NCBI GenBank assembly: GCA_024679065.1
Contig: JAGIQG010000040.1
Coordinates: forward strand, 10,044,001 to 10,108,000
Length of the DNA stretch: 64,000 nucleotides
Direction: 5' to 3'
Source: Sphyrna mokarran
Lineage: Eukaryota
Position numbers and translations under genes: made by a program. Every line of letters begins with the position of its first letter. Position 1 is the stretch's first letter. Below are positions 61,150 through 64,000 of this stretch, in pieces. The notes below the pieces were generated by a model that was not told where the DNA came from, searched no databases, and saw only the letters and a program-made list of their open reading frames with translations.

Positions 61150-63660
61150 TAAATGTAGGGTCAACGGCAGCGTTCTGAGGAATGTGGAGGAACAGAGAGT
61201 TCTTGAGGTTCATATTCACGAATCTCTGAAGGTTGCCACTCAAGTGAATAGAGCCGTGAAGAAGGCTTATTGTGTGTTAGTGTTTAGAAACAGGGAGTTT
61301 GAGTTTAAGAGCTGTGGGGTTATGCTGCAACTATATCGGAACCACATTTGGAATATTGTGCGCAGTTCTGGTCACCTCACTACAAGAAGGATGTGGAAGC
61401 ATTGGAGAGAGTGCAGAGGAGATTTACCAGGATGCTGTCTGGTTTGGAAAGTAGGTCTTATGAGGAAAGGTTGAGGGAGCTTTTCTCTTTAGAGCGGAGG
61501 AGGATGAGAGGCGACTTAATAGACGTTTATAAGATGTTGAGAGGGATTGATAGAGTGGACGTGCAGAGACTATTTCCTCGGGTGGATGTAGCTGTTACTA
61601 GGGGGCATAACTATAAGGTTCATGGTGGGAGATATAGGAGGGATGTCCGAGGTAGATTCTTCATTCAGAGAGTGGTTGGGGTATGGAATGCACTGCCTGC
61701 TATGACAATGGAGTCGGACACTTTAGGAACTTTCAAACAATTATTGGATGGGCTCATGGAGCACAACAGAATGCTAGGGAGTGTGATAGATTGATCTTGG
61801 AATTGGACATAGCTCAGCACAACATTGAGGGCCCAAGGGCCTGTATTCTGCTGGACTGTTCTATGTTTCTATGTAGTTGCATCACTGTGTCTATCTCTAG
61901 TGGAAATGTACTAGTCAATATTTAGTATTCAGTGATTAATGGTCTGCCCTGAACTAAAAGATTCTGGGCCGATCGATATTTTACATGGAAGTTTGATGTG
62001 TTGATGAATGAAAAAGTGAACTGAAGGCGATGTTATTGGGTTTATATCAAAGAAGAAGCGAGGAGCCTGATGTGGAGCATAAGAAAAACAGAAAACCAAA
62101 AAGAAAAGTAGATCAGTTGGGCCGAATGACCTGATTCTGTGCTGTAAACTTTCTGAAACTTTCCAGTCCGCCCCCCGAGTTATTTGAGAAAATGATTGTG
62201 TCCATCTCTGTTCCAAGCTGGAAGTCAAAAATGGAAACGCTTAAAATGGAAACGCTGTTTAAAAAACGTAGCCGACAGAAGGCAGAGAATTATAGGCCCG
62301 TTAATTTAACGTCTGTAGTCGGAAAAATGCTTGAATCCGTCATCAAAGAAGAAATAGAGAGACACCTAGAAAAGAACGTTTGAGCAAGCAGACGCAGCAC
62401 GGATTCGTTAAAGGTGTTTGAAGAATTGATTGGATTTCTATGAGGATGTGACTCGTGCGGTAGGTAGAGGGAAATTGGTGGATGTGGTGTTTTTAAATTT
62501 CAAGAAGGCCTTTGATAAGGTGCCTCACAAAAGGTTGTTGCAAAAAGTTTGGGTGCCATGAGTTGGGGTAAGGTATTAGCGTGGATAGTGGATGGTTGTC
62601 TAATAGGAAGCAGAGAGTAAGACTCAATGGCTACAATTCTGGTTGGCAGTTGGTGACTAGTGGAGTCCCGCAGGGATTGGTGCTGGGGCCTCAACTGTTT
62701 ACCATATACGTAGATGATCTGGAGGAAGGCTCTGAGTGTAGGTCACGAAATTTGATGATGACACGAAGATGAGTGGACAAGTAAATTGTGTGGAGTGTGT
62801 GGAAAGTCTGCAGAGAGATCTGGATGGATGGAGTGAGTGGGCGAGCATCTGGCAAATGGAGTATAATGTTAGCAAGTGTGAGGTTATCCACTTTGGTAGA
62901 AATAATGGTAGGAGGGATTATTATTTAAATGGTGAAAAGCTGCAGCATGCTCCGGTGCAGAGGGACCTGGGGGCCCTTGTACATGAATCGCAAAATCCCA
63001 GTCTGCAGGTGCAGAAGGTGATCAAGAAGGTGAATGGAATGTTGGCCTTTATAGGTAGGGGGATAGAACACAAAAACAGAGAGGTTTTGTTGCAACTGTA
63101 CAGGTCATTGGTGAGGCCGCAGATAGAGTATTGTGTGCAGTTTTGGTCGCCGCATTTGAGGCCTTGAAGGGAGTGCAGAGAAGGTTCAGTAGGCTGATAC
63201 CAGAGATGAGACGGTTAGCCTATGAGGAGAGATTGAGTAGACTAAGTTTGTACTCGTTGGAGTTTAGAAGGTTGAGTAGGGATCTTATAGAGACATATAA
63301 GATAATGGAAGAGATGGATAAGGTAGAGGTAGAGAAATTCTTCCCGCTTAGAAAGGATAGCAGAACTAGAGAGCACAGCGTCAAAATAAGGGGGGAGGGC
63401 GGTTTAGATTGGAGTTGAGGAGGAACATCTTCACTCAAAAGATGGTCAATCTTTGGAATCCTCTGCCCTTTGAAATGGTGGGGGCTACCTTGCTGAATAT
63501 ATTTAAGTCATGGGTAGATACGTTTCTGACAGATAGGGGAATTAAGGGGAAAAAGCGGGAAAATGGGACTGATCCACTTCAGATCAACCATGATCTTATT
63601 GAATGGCTGGGCAGGCTCGAGGGTCTAGACGGCCTACTCTGGCTCCTATTTCTTATGTTG
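61150..63660 (+). mobile_element. Two CR1-type LINE fragments in the Cmu3-Cmu4 intron (~61150-61870, ~62250-63660)
   Basis: ORF2 motifs [36 protein letters not shown] and CR1 tails. Confidence 0.88.
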
Positions 63661-63760
63661 TAAAATTGAAATTGCAGCATATTTTCCTGATATCTAACTA
63701 GCGGTTTCATTGTCTCCAGAATTCTCCAGTTTAATGACATTTATTGTACATTTTCTGCAG

Positions 63761-64000
63761 ATCCAAATCCGCAGGAACCGTTCGTCTCTGTCCTCCTGCC
63801 CTCGGCAGAAGAAGTCTCCGCTCAGAGATTCGTCTCCCTCAGCTGCTTAGTGAGAGGTTTCTCCCCCCGAGAGATCTTCGTCAAGTGGACCGTCAACGAC
63901 AAGCAGGGGAATCCCGGGAACTACAGGAACACCGAGGTGATGGCGGAGAACGGCAATAACTCCTTCCTCATGTACAGCGAGAGGAATCCATTGCAGCAGA
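63761..64000 (+). CDS. IGHM: IgM Cmu4 exon, partial (runs off the window), apparent frameshift at 63979-63986
   Basis: Acceptor TTTTCTGCAG; [64 protein letters not shown]. Confidence 0.93.

Noticed and set aside
63744-63959. 71-aa ORF in the track
   Set aside because: Wrong frame of the Cmu4 exon.

Overview
Repeat-rich vertebrate DNA, almost certainly from a cartilaginous fish (shark-type IgM cluster, CR1/HER1-type LINEs, HE1-type SINEs, Penelope elements). The left half holds a tRNA-Asn gene, a CpG-rich promoter-like island, and two head-to-head two-exon rhodopsin-class GPCR genes of the GPR139/GPR142-like type (minus strand 15041-14825 + 11132-10231; plus strand 21657-21909 + 26124-27025). 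The two receptors are nearly identical in their intracellular loops but differ in all extracellular loops, and their N-termini are built from a 21/42-nt repeat. The same repeat forms a ~1 kb array between the genes (19067-20065), next to a second array resembling the receptor 5' flank. The right half holds one unrearranged IgM heavy-chain minilocus (leader, VH, D1 12/22, D2 12/12, JH, Cmu1-3 and part of Cmu4). It has degenerate V and J nonamers and an apparent frameshift in Cmu4 at the window edge. Other notable items are an E2A/EBF/PU.1 motif cluster 12 kb upstream of VH, convergent CTCF-like motifs around V-D-D-J, a LINE family carrying a SINE in its 3' UTR, and Penelope inverted repeats with decayed hammerhead-like cores. 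All calls were made by reading the sequence; no searches were run and repeat boundaries are approximate.
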